Origin: the human T2T-CHM13v2.0 reference genome, Homo sapiens
Reading direction: 5' to 3' (one strand)
Assembly (NCBI RefSeq): GCF_009914755.1
Contig: NC_060930.1
Length of the DNA stretch: 64,000 nt
Part shown: positions 1 to 14,797 of the stretch, piece after piece
Position numbering within the stretch: position 1 is the stretch's first letter
Layout of the letters: the number at the start of each line of letters is the position of its first letter
The notes under the pieces: generated by a model
Databases searched by the model: none
Told to the model about the DNA's origin: nothing
The model's input: the letters and a program-made list of their open reading frames with translations, nothing else
Translations under genes and position numbers: made by a program

Positions 1-993
1 CATGTCAGAGACATTTGTGGCAGCCTCTTCTATCACAGACCTGGAGGTCTAGGAAGAAAAAATGGTAAAAATGGTTTTGTGGGCAAGGCCTAGGGTCCTT
101 GTGCTGTGTGCAGTCTAAGGACTTGGTGCCCTGTTTCCTAGCCACTCCGGCCATGGCTGAAAGGGGCCAACATGAAGCTCAGGCCATGGCTTCAGAGGGT
201 GAAAGCCTTAAGCCTTGGCAACTTCCATGTGATGTTGAGCATGTGGGTGCACAGAAGTCAAGAAATGGGGTTTGGGAACCTCTGTCTAGATTTCAGAAGA
301 TGTATGGAAATGCCTGGATGCCCAGGCAGAAGTTTGCTGCAGGGGCGGGGCTCTCATGGAGAACCTCGGCTAGGGCAGTGCAGAAGGGAAATGTGGGGTT
401 GGAGCCCCCTCACAGAGTCCCTACTGGGACACCGCCTAGTGGAGCTGTGAGAAGAGGACCACTGTCCTCCAGACCCCAGAATGGTAGATCGACTTACAGC
501 TTGTACCAGGTGCCTGGAAAAGCTGCAGATACTCAACACCAGCCCATGAAAGCAGCCAGGATGGAGGCTGTACCCTGAAAGCCACAGGGCCAGAGCTGCC
601 CAAGACCATGGGAAGCCACCTCTTGCATCAGCGTGACCTGGATGTGAGACCTGGAGTAAAAGGAGATCATTTTGGAGCTTTAAAATTTGACTGCCCCACT
701 GGATTTTGGACTTCCATGGGCCCTGTAACCCCTTTGTTTTGGCCAATTTCTCCCATTTGGAATGGCTGTATTTACCCAATACCTGTACCCTCATTGTATC
801 TAGGAAGTAACTAGCTTGCTTTTGATTTTACAGGCTCATAAGTGGAAGGGACTTGCCTTGTCTCAGATGAGACTTTTGAACTGTGGACTTTTGGGTTAAT
901 GCTGAAATGATTTAAGACTTTGGGGTACTGTTGGGAATGCATGATTGGTTTTGAAATGTGAGGACATAAGATTTGGAGGAGCCAGGGGTGGGA
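1..993 (+). mobile_element. THE1 internal sequence (ERVL-MaLR), 3' part; runs off the window start
   Basis: Typical THE1-int text; ORF 99-578 gives the familiar MaLR-int pseudo-translation (MYGNAWMPRQKFAAG, VRRGPLSSRPQNGRST); purine-rich tract immediately before the LTR. Confidence 0.9.
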
Positions 994-1333
994 TGATATG
1001 GTTTGGCTCTGTGTCCCCACCCAAATTTCATCTTGAATTATACTCCCATAATTCCCATGTGTTATACGTGGGACCTGGTGGGAGATAATTTGAATCATGG
1101 GGGTGGTTTCCCCCATACTGTTCTCATGGTAGAGAATAAGTCTCATGAGATCTGATGGTTTCATCAGGGGGTTCCGCTTTTGCATCTTACTCATTTCTCT
1201 TGCTGCCACCCTGTAAGAAGTATTTTTAACCTACCGCCATGATTCTGAGGCCTCCCCAGCCATGTGGAACTATAAGTCCAATTAAACCTCTTTTTCTTGG
1301 CTTAATTTCTTGGGTATGTCTTTATCAGCAGTG
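994..1333 (+). mobile_element. THE1C-like 3' LTR, missing its last ~15 bp
   Basis: Starts TGATATGGTTTGGCTCTGTGTCCCCACCCAAAT; contains ATTAAA signal; stops at TTTATCAGCAGTG without the terminal GGACTAATACA. Confidence 0.9.
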
Positions 1334-1590
1334 ATTCTATTCCTATGAAATGTCTAGAACAGGAAAATCTATGAGACATAAAGTAATTAAGTGGCTGTTC
1401 AGGGGATACAGGAATAGGGGATAATAACTAAAGGGTTGGGAGGGTGTTTTTGAAATGCTAAAATATTCTGAAGTTTACTGTGGTTATGGTTGCACATACT
1501 TATGAATATACCTAAAAATGTTGAATTGTACATTTTAAGTAGATGAATTGTATCTAATTTGAACCATATCTCAGTAAAGATATAAAAATG
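1334..1590 (+). mobile_element. Old L1M 3' end fragment
   Basis: ATTCC-TATGAAATGTCTAGAACAGG-AAATCTAT...TGAATTGTACATTTTAA pattern of L1MB/MC/MD 3' UTR. Confidence 0.65.
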
Positions 1591-1695
1591 TTTTTGGGTA
1601 CTAAGACTAAACTAGAAAGAACATAAGAGGAAATACATATTATATAAGAAGAAAAGAGTAAAAATAAATCTTTAAAAAAATAAAAATAAAAAGGA

Positions 1696-1990
<295 letters not shown>

Positions 1991-2553
1991 AAATAAAAAG
2001 GATTCTAGAGGAAGTGGTAAATAGTGAAGATAGGCAAAGAATATCCAACATATGAATAATAGTAGTCCTTGAAGACAAAAATCAAAGGAAAAGAATACTA
2101 AAAACTCTACTTAATGAAAAATCATCCTGAAATTAACAAGAAAAATTGAAATTAATGTTGAAAGAGCACCAGAGAGTATACATCCAAAAAGACCAACATT
2201 AATATAAATTTTAGTAAAATTACTGAACCATGAAAAGTAAATGCCTTTAGTTATCTAAACAAAAACTAATTACTTAAAAGGGAAAGAAAATTAGATCATC
2301 ACCAGACTTTTCAACAGCATTGCCTTATGCTTTAAGAAAGTGTTGTACCACATTTGATATCCTGATGGAAAAAAATGTGAGCCAAGGATTTTACACCCAA
2401 CAAAACTTAATGGTGAATATAAAGGCATAAACCAATATAGAATGCAAAAACTTGGGAAATATTGTTTTCCAAAGCCTTTCCTAAGTAATCTACAAAAGAA
2501 CAAGCTTTAAACAACCAGAAAGACTAGAAAGTCATCAATAAAAGGATTGGAGA

Positions 2554-3201
<648 letters not shown>

Positions 3202-3819
3202 ACAAGATCTTTCCAGAGGAGAAAATGGCAATTTCACTCTTCTTTGTGAGACTGATTTTTAAGGCAATCACAGTTTCTGTCTTATCCACTAGTACTTCAC
3301 TCTACACCTAAAGATTGTTAACTCCCCAAAATAATTTTATATGAACCAGGTGGAAGACTATCAGAAGCAACATGAGTCCTGGAAGGTGTAGTTTCCATAA
3401 GTAAAGTTCTCTGAGGGGGAACAGGAACAAGAGGGTTATTAGTAGTTTATGCTAAGGGTTTACAACATTCATGCTTTCAGTTTTTTTCAGAATGTGAGAA
3501 AACCAGGCTTGAGAAAATCATATCTTAGATAATCCATGCTAGGAAAAAAACAAGTAAACACTGGGAATTAAGTTAGGAGTTGTGCGCGTGAGCCATCTAG
3601 GTATACATCTGAAAAGGAATTAAAACAGCACCCAAACAGGCAAAGAATAGGGCCAAAGACAGTTTATATACCTATCTGTTGAGAAGATCAAGGCAAGGTT
3701 ACTCCTCATTCAAAACTGAGCAAATTTTAAAAATCCACAATAGGATTTATTCTAGCATAATACAAAAATATAAGGAAAGGAGGAATATCATTCCAAGGAT
3801 CCTGGAGGAAGAGCAAAGC

Positions 3820-4035
3820 TATTTTCATTGGTTTTACTTTGCACTTGTCTGATGTCTAACCAAGTTGAACATGTTAACACATGCTCATTGGCTATTGGTG
3901 TATTGTCTTCTGTAGGGCATCTATTTAATCTTTTGCCCATTTTTAATTGGGTTGTTTTCATATTGAGTTGTAAGCTTTATGTATTCTGGATACAGGACCT
4001 TGGTCAGATATGTTTTGTGAACATTTTCTTCGAAT
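3820..4035 (-). mobile_element. L1M ORF2 3' fragment
   Basis: CTTTTGCCCATTTTTAATTGGGTTGTT...TATGTATTCTGGATAC is reverse L1 ORF2 sequence. Confidence 0.7.
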
Positions 4036-4433
4036 TTGTGATAAATCTTATGTGCATTTTTGCAGTTGTTAGTGCTTAGTTCAAGAATAAGCTTAGAGAA
4101 ATATGTCAATTTGTTTGACCAAAATAAAAATGTAAAATAAGTAATAGTACATGCAGCAACTGTGAAGTTGATGTGTGAATAACTGAAACAAGGAAGAACT
4201 CCAGTGGCAGAGTGGGGAGAACTTTTGGAGCAGATAGACCTAAAAGGCAAGCAATTAATGACAAACAGGGCCATGAAGAGACACCTTCAAGTTTGGTCCA
4301 GTAATATACACATTAAATCATGAAAGCCATAATTCTAGCCATGAAGGCAAAGAACATACAGACATTGCATAAGCTTGGCTAGGTTAGAAGAAACAAACCA
4401 CTTACATGTTGTAGTACATTTTGTTCATTGCTT

Positions 4434-4886
4434 TATAAACCAAAAAGTATCTGAGACAGGTCTCAATCAATTTGTAAGTTTATTTTGCCAAGGTTAAGAA
4501 CATGCCCAGAAGAAAAAAACACAAAGTCACAGAAACAGTCTGTGGTCTGTGCCTTTCTCCAAAGATGAATTTAAAAGCTACAATATTTAAAGGGGGAAAG
4601 TGGGCTGCAGGGGAAAAAGGGAAGGGATAGTAATCCTCATGTTGCAAGAGAAAAGGAACAGGTAGGGGAATAGTTAATTATGTATTCATCGCATGCGCAG
4701 TAAATCAGCACTTTACATAAGATAAGGTGAACATAGAGTAGCTATTTGGAGATATTTATCCTTTTATATGTAGCTATTTGCTTAGGAACAAAAGGAAAGG
4801 TAGCATCTTGCATGACACAGCTTTCAGCTTAATTTTTTCCTTTTGGCATGGTGAATTGGGGTCCAAGTTTTTCTTTTCCTTTCACA
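4434..4886 (-). mobile_element. MER4A-type 3' LTR of an ERV1 provirus
   Basis: Reverse strand begins TGTGAAAGGAAAA and ends TCTCAGATACTTTTTGGTTTATA; adjacent polypurine tract (CTTATCCCCCCTTT on +); TSD GCTT at 4430-4433. Confidence 0.9.
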
Positions 4887-6211
4887 CTTATCCCCCCTTT
4901 CATTTTAAAATCTTTCAGAGAAGGCATTTTAAAAGAACTGAGTCTCTGGTCTTGGCTTTTGCCTGATCTCTTATGACTATGACAGTTTATTCCTAGATGG
5001 ATAGGTCCCATGTTGTTAGGCAAGCTCATTTTAAGTAGGTTGTGAAGTCCCACATCCCATGAAGTAGAATTAGGGGGAGTAAGGGAGAAAGAGAACAGAG
5101 AAAAAAGGAGGAAATGAGAAACAAAAAAGGGAGAACAATCCTAGAAAACTGATACAGGCCATATTACCCTGAAGTCCATATATCAGTAGGCAGGTATGAA
5201 AATGGTTTATGTATATAAATATGTTGCTGTTATTTTCCATTGAAGTTTAAGTTGTCTAGCTTCGGTTCACAGGGCTTTAAGAAAAGTGCAGCTTAATTTT
5301 TTTTAGTGATTTCAAATCTGGGAAAATGGGAAAAAGGAAAAGAAATTGAAAACATTATTTTGGAGCTTTGTAGCTACAAAAAATTTAGGATTCAGTCCAA
5401 ATTGCAGAAAATAATAGAAATGGAAAAACACTGGACAAGGCTAGAATGTATTAATAATAACAGGTGTACTGTAGTTTATTTTTAAATGTAATTTTTCTCT
5501 CTCCAATTCCCCAATTTTATTAAAGACAAAATGAGAGTAGTACCAATTATTTGTAAAATAAGTTTTAGTCTTACTATACTTGGCTTGATTATTTGCATAA
5601 AGTGCAGCAAGAGTCATCATTTGCCATATAGGCTCTCTTTAAAAAAAATGGCTTTGCTGGAAACTTTTCCATAAGGAATCTTTTTAAAAGTCTCAAGCTC
5701 AGCCAAAGATTTATCTGTGCCCACAGATAACTGAATGAATTGGGTTAATTCCTCTCTTTTTGAGGTCCCAAGAAAACTTGGGGTTCCTGGACCTGTCAGA
5801 AAGTGACATTCCTTACTTACCAGAAGTTAGAACCCTGTAAAGGACAAGATATGAGGCCAGCTATTCCAAGGGGCTCTTATCAATTCCATAAGTCAGCCTC
5901 ATTTTCTCAAGGCCATCTGAAACTATGTCATTCCAGTCAAAAGCTTCATAAAATAACCATGTCTCCAGTTGTGTCTGGTTATGAAATAAATTCTTATTGA
6001 ACTTATGCAAATAACTATATTGCCATAAGTTAAGAATACTGACAAACAGTTTCCAAATTTTGGAGAAATTAGGTAGAAAGAAATTATGTTTTAAATCTTG
6101 CTCATTAGAGTATACTTTGCTCAATTTTTAAAAGCTATAAATAGCTTAAAAGAAGAGAAAGTTTTCTTGACTCTGACAAAAAGTATCAGCAAATGTTTAT
6201 TTACATTATCT

Positions 6212-6807
<596 letters not shown>

Positions 6808-6939
6808 TCAAGTCATAAAATAGTATTTCAGTATTCAGTCCTGTTCTGCTTGATATTGGATCAGTAAACTTCATGAATACATTTGGCTCTCCATAAAAGT
6901 TCTGGAAATTTTTCACTCTATTCCAATGGCACAATTTCT

Positions 6940-7243
<304 letters not shown>

Positions 7244-9608
7244 CAATGGCATAATTTCTAAATTTATCAGAAACCTATATTTAATAATACTCCTCAGAGT
7301 TATAGCTGATTATAAACCACCCTATAAAAGGATCAAAGTAAGACAACAATTGTGAATGACAAAAGTCTTAGCCATGGTTAAAGATACAACTGACAAGGAA
7401 ATTTTGTTATTTCTGTGTCAATTTTACATAACAATCATAATTACTACTGATAATATATACTAAGACATATCAGAATCACAGGAATCTCATATAATTTTGG
7501 AACGCCTACTAAAAGCACGTTTATGTAAATAAAAGAAGATTAAACACCATTTCATATTTGGCAATAATTCCTGTATGATTTTATTATACCAAATAAGCCA
7601 AATATATCTCCTTTGGACTTCAGGGGGCCTAATATCAAAACAGTAATGAGGTCAAAAAGATTGAAGTTAGAATTTGATTTTGGAAAGTTTTTCAAAAAAC
7701 AAAAGTTTAAAACACTTGATATCACAAAATAGGATCACAGGTCATTGTAAAATAAGTCATTCATTTAGCCAAAGTAATAATTCAAAGATTTGGGGAAAAG
7801 AAAGCAAAAACTTTTAGAGAGGGGAGACTTACTTTCCCAAATTATAAGCCCTAAGAAAGACAGCATGAGGCCAATTAAATCTGTCTCTCAAATCTTATAA
7901 AAAAACTATTAAACGTTAGTCATCTTGACCATAATATATAGTTTCTATAAACATTTTTATAGCCTGTTTTTTATTAAAAAGTTAGTTAATGCTCCAAGAA
8001 AACCCTGTTAATCTGACACAGGTGCCCACATGCTGATCTTTCATCAGTGTGCCTTTGATATTAATGTTTAATTCATAGAGAAACTCTGAACTAATGTTCT
8101 CTCTCAAAATTGGCCCTTACAATCTCACACACCCACCACTTCTGTGATAGTCCCTGGGCCTAGGGGAGTTGAATAGTTTTCATTTATGGCACTATGTCTC
8201 ACGAATGTACTTTATTTGATTGTCATCTTCTCCCAAATCTGAAGATGATAATTTAACTGCTGTCACTGTTTAAGATTTAGCAGGACTTGGTGTCCTTTTT
8301 AGATCTAGGAGTCAAAGCCCTATAACTTAACAGCATGAGGACTTTAAAAGCAATACAGAAAGTTATATGGATGTAATAAACTTATTTTTTAATCTCAATT
8401 TTCTAGGCAAATAAAAAGTTTACTAACAATGACATAGGAATTATTTCAATAAAACATAAAATCTGTTAGGCTGGTTACCAAAAGGAAAAAAAAAAAAGAA
8501 CTTCTGCAGTGTGATTGCTTTTCATTATGGGGAGTCTGTTTGGATAATCTGCAAGTCAAAATGAATGAAGATAGTGCTTGAATTAGTTAGACAGAGGAAG
8601 AGTGTATCCTGGGTCATAAGTGAAAGTTTTTGATTTCATAAAGTCAAGAGCCCAGAATGTTATGTTAGAAGAAAACATTTCCTTTTAGAACTTTAAGATA
8701 AAGCGTTTTTAGCAGCAGGCCACAACATCAGTTAGAACCTAAGGAAAAAAGGTTACAGGAGCTGATGAAAGAGTTGAAGAAGAAAGTTATTATCTCAGGC
8801 CTTCTCAAAGGGTAAACAAAGCTAAACACAGTGAGATGCAATAAAAGAACTTTTGGGTTTAAAAATTTAAAATCTCTTGTAATTTTATTAAAAATAAATC
8901 AGTACCTTTTAATATCTTTTATTAAGAGTAAATCAATTTCCTTTTAATTATAGCCAACTTGATCACATAGGTTTTTTTCATAAATTCACTTTTTACAAAC
9001 CCTATTACAATTTACACAAACCATTTATGACATGTTTGGACTTCCTGTTTTATCCTAAACATTCTTTTTTCTTAAATAACCAGGCATTTTATTTTAGGGC
9101 AAAAAATGTATAATACAAAATTGTTTCTCATATAAAATTATATTCCTTTTAATACCTCTTTATATTTACAACTTTCTTGTCATCTCTCTTACTTAATGGT
9201 TCCTTTACCTTGTTTTATAAATAACCTTTAAATAACCTTTGAAGTAGACAAAATTTTTTTTTTAATAAGGACCCATTATTTTTTAGAAAAATGTTTTCCT
9301 GTAATTTTTTTAAAATATTGGAAAGACCCATTTAATTAATATTTATTATTAATTTAACTTTAGATTCTAAATTATATGACAAGTTTTTATAAGCATTTAT
9401 TCCATTATACTTACCTAATTAATTTCTTAATATTTTACCTAGATTCGTTATGAAAACTATGATAATCATTTAAAGTTATTTCCCTATTATCCATTTTTAT
9501 AGCCTATGGATTTCAGGTGTTTATCTAAGTAAGAACCTTAAGGTTAAATAAATAGGTGGTGGGGGAGTTGCCAATAATTCAAGATTTAGTTGTTTTAGTT
9601 AAACCAAT

Positions 9609-10375
9609 TGAAACCAGCCTTGTTGTCTGGGGTGTCACCGAAAGTTCTTGGTCTCATGGCTGAGGAAATCAAGGACCTGGACACTCCAAAGGTGAAGTTA
9701 GAGCAGAATTTTAATAAGCAAAAGGAAGAAAGCTCTCTGGCACCAAGAGGGGTCCTAGAAAAATGGGTTGCCATTTTACAGTGAAATGCAAAGGTTTTTA
9801 TAGACAAACTGGTGGGGAGGTGTGTTTCATTTATATACTGCACAAAAAAAATCAGGAGTAGGTGTTTCATTTGCATATGGCACAAATTTCTGACAGTCTT
9901 CACCCCAACCTTTCTAGTGCACATGTGGGCTCCTTAGTCTGAGTTACTCCATCTTGCTTATCTCTTCCTACTGCGTATGTGTGGAAAAAAAAAAAAGAGG
10001 AGAGGGTCAGAACCCTCTGTGGTGGATGTGCCTGGTCCAGGGTCGCTCTTCTTATCAGTGCTGCTGCAGGCACTTCCCCTGTGCAAGCCTCCTTGTCTGA
10101 GCATTTCCAAGAAGGGAGAGGAATGTGCTCTACTTGGGCTCAATATATATCAGCAAAACTTGTTGATTACATACGAGGTCCCATTCTGTGTTAGAACTTG
10201 CCTTCCTTATCTGTGTTTGCAGCCTGATCTTTCAGGCTGCTCTTTGCTAAAAGAGAAATGACTTGTTGGGCTGCTTTTTGTTAGAAGAGAAGCTGCTTTT
10301 TGTTGGAAGGGAATTCTACTGAGGACTCTAGCCCTAACTATCTGCCTAGTTGATTTCTTTCTCTCTTCTCTCTCA
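9609..10375 (-). mobile_element. MER50-like solo LTR (ERV1) nested in the MER4 provirus
   Basis: TG...CA termini; reverse strand starts TGAGAGAGAAGAGAGAAAGAAATC; perfect 4-bp TSD CAAT (9605-9608, 10376-10379). Confidence 0.82.
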
Positions 10376-12109
10376 CAATAATATTAAATTTCTTATTTAT
10401 CAAAAAATTATATAAGATAAAATTCTCTTTGGGGCTACATTTACAGCTTTATAACTCATGCTAAATCTTGATACCTCATAATATTTAGCAGAGATAAATA
10501 GAAAACTTCCTAGCTAATAAATCTAAACAATAATGTAGGCTGACAATTCTGAAGACATTTCTAATTTTATTTTACCAATAACTTTAAAGCCAGCTTGTTT
10601 ATTTGCAATTTACTTATGTCACGTGAACTTGCAAAGCATTTTGGCTCATTTACTTAATTCCTGAGTAGTCCTTTATTTCTAATCCAATTTGGTACCTTGT
10701 GGCCACAACACGTAACAAAACACATGTATGTACACCTTAACTCACCTAAGCATGCATACACATATGTACAGATAAACACATCTAAGCACATACACATACT
10801 CGTACAAATAAAGATCCTATAGCTTTTACTTCAGAACTCTACTCATGAGATATTAATACAAACTTACCAGTTTACCACAAATGGTTGGATGCAAATAGTG
10901 TTTTTTTTCTCAACACCAGTAGAAAGGTCCTTCAAATTGGAAAAAAAAAGTACATTTTCTTAAGCAAAAATCACATCCTCATTGTTTTTTTTGCAAACTT
11001 CACCAAAACCGCATCTTATTCTCCTACTATTCTAACTCTCAGTAACCCTAATTCCCAGAGAAAACATAGGATTACTTAATTTAACATAACATGACCTTAA
11101 GATTTTAAATTGCTGGAGAAAATTTTGAGACTAAATTAACCAAATTAATCTTACCAAAGATGACTAACGTCATGTGAACTGAAAAGCCTCTGAGCTAGCT
11201 TCTATTAGTCTGACAAATGTTTACTTTTCTTTAAGCCAACTAATTAGATGTCTTTCATATAATTGGTACTGAAATATTTTCACATGACACATATGAACAT
11301 ACAGACATAATAGACTCAGAGGCAGATCTTATAGATTTAAAATTTTTCATTTGCTAGTATTCAAAAATTCTCTCTTCCCTACTTTAGACTATGAACCTCT
11401 TCATTATCTGTTCCATGTCCTAAATCATTGTTAACTAGGTAATTCTAAATTTGCATCTCCAAAGATATGAATCACGTGAAACAAGGTAGAAAATGTACAA
11501 CTCAAAGGCACAGGATTAGATCTAAACAAAGACAAGTTTTGTTATGTAAACTTTAAGCTATTGTCTTACCCCTAGTTAAAGTTCCATTAGGAACTTTAGG
11601 TGCAGAGACAGATATGCCCTTACAAAATGTAAATTTCCTTTAAAGGTGGTATTTTCAACTTAGCTGCTTAATTAGATTACTGGCTTTAGGGTGGAGGCCT
11701 TTAAGGAATGGGGCGAAGAAAGTATACAGGATTTTCTTATCTAAACATTAAAAACAAAGAGTAGTCGTCCCCTATAGTAATGACCATTTCCTGTAAACTG
11801 CCCTCAACCACCCCTAACATTGTAGCTCTCATGCAGCATTACACACGCCAAAGGCAAATACTCTCACAGTACAAGGTGATCTCTGGTACTCCCAAAAGCC
11901 AAATAAATCAGGTAATGCGATACAAGAAAGCAGAGCTTTAGACCTGAGAAGAATCAGCACATGACTGTTGAAACTCCACAGCAAATCAGAACAGCTCAAA
12001 AAGGGGTGAGTGGCACCTTAATTCTGAGTTCTTTAAGGGGTCTGAGTCATTAGAAGCCTTCTCTATTTTCTTTTCACTTGGTACTGAAGATGGCAAAAGG
12101 AGAAGGAGA

Positions 12110-12628
12110 TGTTAGATATGAGTTCTAAATTTCTTTTCAAAGAATCAATATGTCAGTATGTTCAATTCTTTGCCTTCTACTTTTAAACTTAACTTCCTCA
12201 TAAAGCAATCTTTGTCGATTACCTGCTCAACCCTGACTGATTTCAATCACCTGTTCCACCCCGACTCACTCCGTTTACCTCCTCCACCCTGACTCATTCC
12301 GATGACCTGCTACCTGCTCCACCCTGACTCATTATCCACCCTGCATAACCATTTTTCCCGCCAAACCACTCACCCCCACCCCCTCACTCTCTTTAAATTA
12401 GCCAGTTGGAATTAGTTTATCCTGTGCAGTCTAACCCTAGCCAATAGGGGAATGACACAGCAGCAAGGGCCACGTGCGTCAGGGATAAGAACCCCTTCCC
12501 CTCCCTTGTCCAAGTGTGCGCTCACCATTGCTCCACTCTTCTATAGAAGTACCTTGCCTCGCTGAGAATTAAAAAGAAAATATTATATTCAAGTGCTATT
12601 TCTTTTGTGGCACCAAAACTTTATAACA
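12110..12628 (+). mobile_element. LTR10 (A/F-like, HERV-I family) solo LTR nested antisense in the MER4 provirus
   Basis: Starts TGTTAGATATGAGTTCTAAATTTCTTTTCAAAGAATCAATATGTCAG; ends TATAACA; ~28-bp internal repeats; TSD GAGA/GACA. Confidence 0.88.
12221..12334 (+). promoter_or_regulatory. LTR10 internal ~28-bp tandem array with two intact AP-1 sites
   Basis: Four ACCTGCTCCACCCTGACTCA-type units; TGACTCA intact at 12290-12296 and 12325-12331, mutated in the other two. Confidence 0.7.
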
Positions 12629-12703
12629 GACAAATAGAGTAGAAGAAAAGTAAATGAGAGGACAATTTTTAAAGAAAGGAAGTGAACAGAGAAACCAAAT
12701 GCG

Positions 12704-12738
<35 letters not shown>

Positions 12739-13349
12739 AGCTGCATGGAATTTTAGTGAATCCAGAGGCCTTGTTCCCCGTAATTTGGAGTTCTCCTTCG
12801 AATTTGACCAACTCAGGTAGAGTTAATCAAATCTGATGGAAGAAAACCAAAATAACAAAACAAATATGATTACTGAGGACTTTTAATGGTAAGGAGAAGT
12901 TAAGACCAGTTACTTGTCAATCTTAACTTTTAGTCACTAAGGGGAATTTTCAAGACAAAACTCTAATTGAGCTACTTACCTAGGAATGAGGCTCACGCTG
13001 AACACTGCTGTCTACCATCTATGAAGCAGGAAAAAACTCAAACTCACTTTCTCTGTTGGAAGGGAGCAGAAACTCCAGAAAGGACTTGCTGGCCCTCCAT
13101 CATCATGGAAACAGGAAAACTAATCTTCCTTGTTGGAAGTGAGTAAAACTCCAGGAAAGGAGTTATAAAGCAAAATGAACCTTAGACCTCAACCAAATTT
13201 GGGGAGAGCAATGATTCTCTGAAGGGACCTCCCAGACCTCAGCAAATTGTATTATTGGTTTGAGCAATAAAGATAGGCCAAGCTGGTACCAAGCATGGAT
13301 GGATTTGTCAAAGATCAGGCCACCTCATCTCTTCCATTGGCCACCAGTT

Positions 13350-13790
13350 TATAAACCAAAGAGTATCTGAGACAGGTCTCAATCAATTCAGAAGTTTATT
13401 TTGCCAAGGTTAAAGACATGCCTGGAAGAAAATAACATGGACCCACAGGAACAGTCTGTGGTCTGAGTCTTTCTCCAAAGATAAATTTCAAGGCTTCAAT
13501 ATTTAAAGGGAAAATGTAGGCTGGAGGGGAGAGGGGTAGAGTATAGTAATCCCCATGTTGTAAGAGAAAAGGAGCGGGTACGGGAATAGTCAATTATGTA
13601 TTCATCTCATGCTCAATAAATTGGCACTTTACATAAGATAAGCTACCTCTGGAATCATTTAACTTTTTATCTCTAGCTATCTGCTTAGGAACAAAAGGAA
13701 AGGCAGCTTCTTGCATGACTCAGCTTTCAGCTTCATTTGTTCCTTTTGGCATAATGAATTGAGGTCCCAAGTTCTTATTTTTCTTTCACA
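13350..13790 (-). mobile_element. MER4A-type 5' LTR
   Basis: Homologous to 4434-4886; followed by TSD GCTT at 13791-13794. Confidence 0.9.
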
Positions 13791-14012
13791 GCTTTATATC
13801 AACTGGGAACTTGGAAGTAAAGCTAAAAATGTGTTGGCAACTTTCTTTTTCAAATTCAGTTTATGTTCTGACACAGGATTTTCTAATTAGCCCTCTTAGG
13901 CCATGGTAATTGGAACAGCAAGGGGACTGTTTTTATTGGAGTGTCTACATCTACACAGTCAGCCTGTGTAGATGTCCTTAAAATAAGCAAAAAGAATAGA
14001 CGGAGATGAAAT

Positions 14013-14014
<2 letters not shown>

Positions 14015-14046
<32 letters not shown>
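14015..14046. repeat. (GA)n microsatellite
   Basis: About 16 perfect GA units. Confidence 0.95.
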
Positions 14047-14048
<2 letters not shown>

Positions 14049-14797
14049 ATGCTGCATTACAATTCTATTTCCTCATTTAAAACATGCTGAGAAAAGCAGT
14101 TATTTGTGCTCTGCAATTGCTCTTTAAACATGTGTAAAGGAAAAGCCTGAAATTTTTAGTAAAATACATCCAAGTGTTTGTTAGGCTGAGGGTTTCCACA
14201 TTCTGAGCAAGTTATTTTATTTATACAAGAATTGTCACAGGCAATTGTCAGAATAGCCACCTACTTGAGGGAAAAAAATCACAGAAAAACATTACACAAC
14301 ATCTAGGTTTTGTTACATTTCATATATTTTGTGGTGTTTTTAAATATACATACTTGTCATATTTTAAAATATTGAATTTATTATTCTAAACTGTGAGGTG
14401 GAAATTCTGCACAATAAACCATTAGAAGAAAGTACGCTCTCCCTCACCTAGTTAGGAAGTGGCAAAGGAAACCAAGGACAGGGTTTCCTGCACTCAACGT
14501 AGTTTCAGGAAGAGTACAGATTCAAAAGTACTATGAGAAAGTGCCACCTGTGCACTCAGTAATAAAACCCTGGAGCTCTGTACTATTATGCCAGAATGAT
14601 TCTCTGAGATAACTACCAGTTCCCTCAGGCCCCAACATACAAGCTTGGGCTGCAGAGGAAGGCCTTACATTTGTGCACGAGGTGTTTTGTTAGATGTAGA
14701 GCAAAATTCTTGGAGGTGTGTTCACACCTAAATATTCTATTTTTTGTTCTCTTGACCATTAAAACTTAAATAATAATGGCCAATATTTATATAGTGC

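Noticed and set aside
1249-1265. PRDM9 hotspot motif in the THE1 LTR
   Set aside because: Reads CCTCCCCAGCCAT, lacking the T at position 7 and the final C; the THE1 at 17330-17704 also fails.
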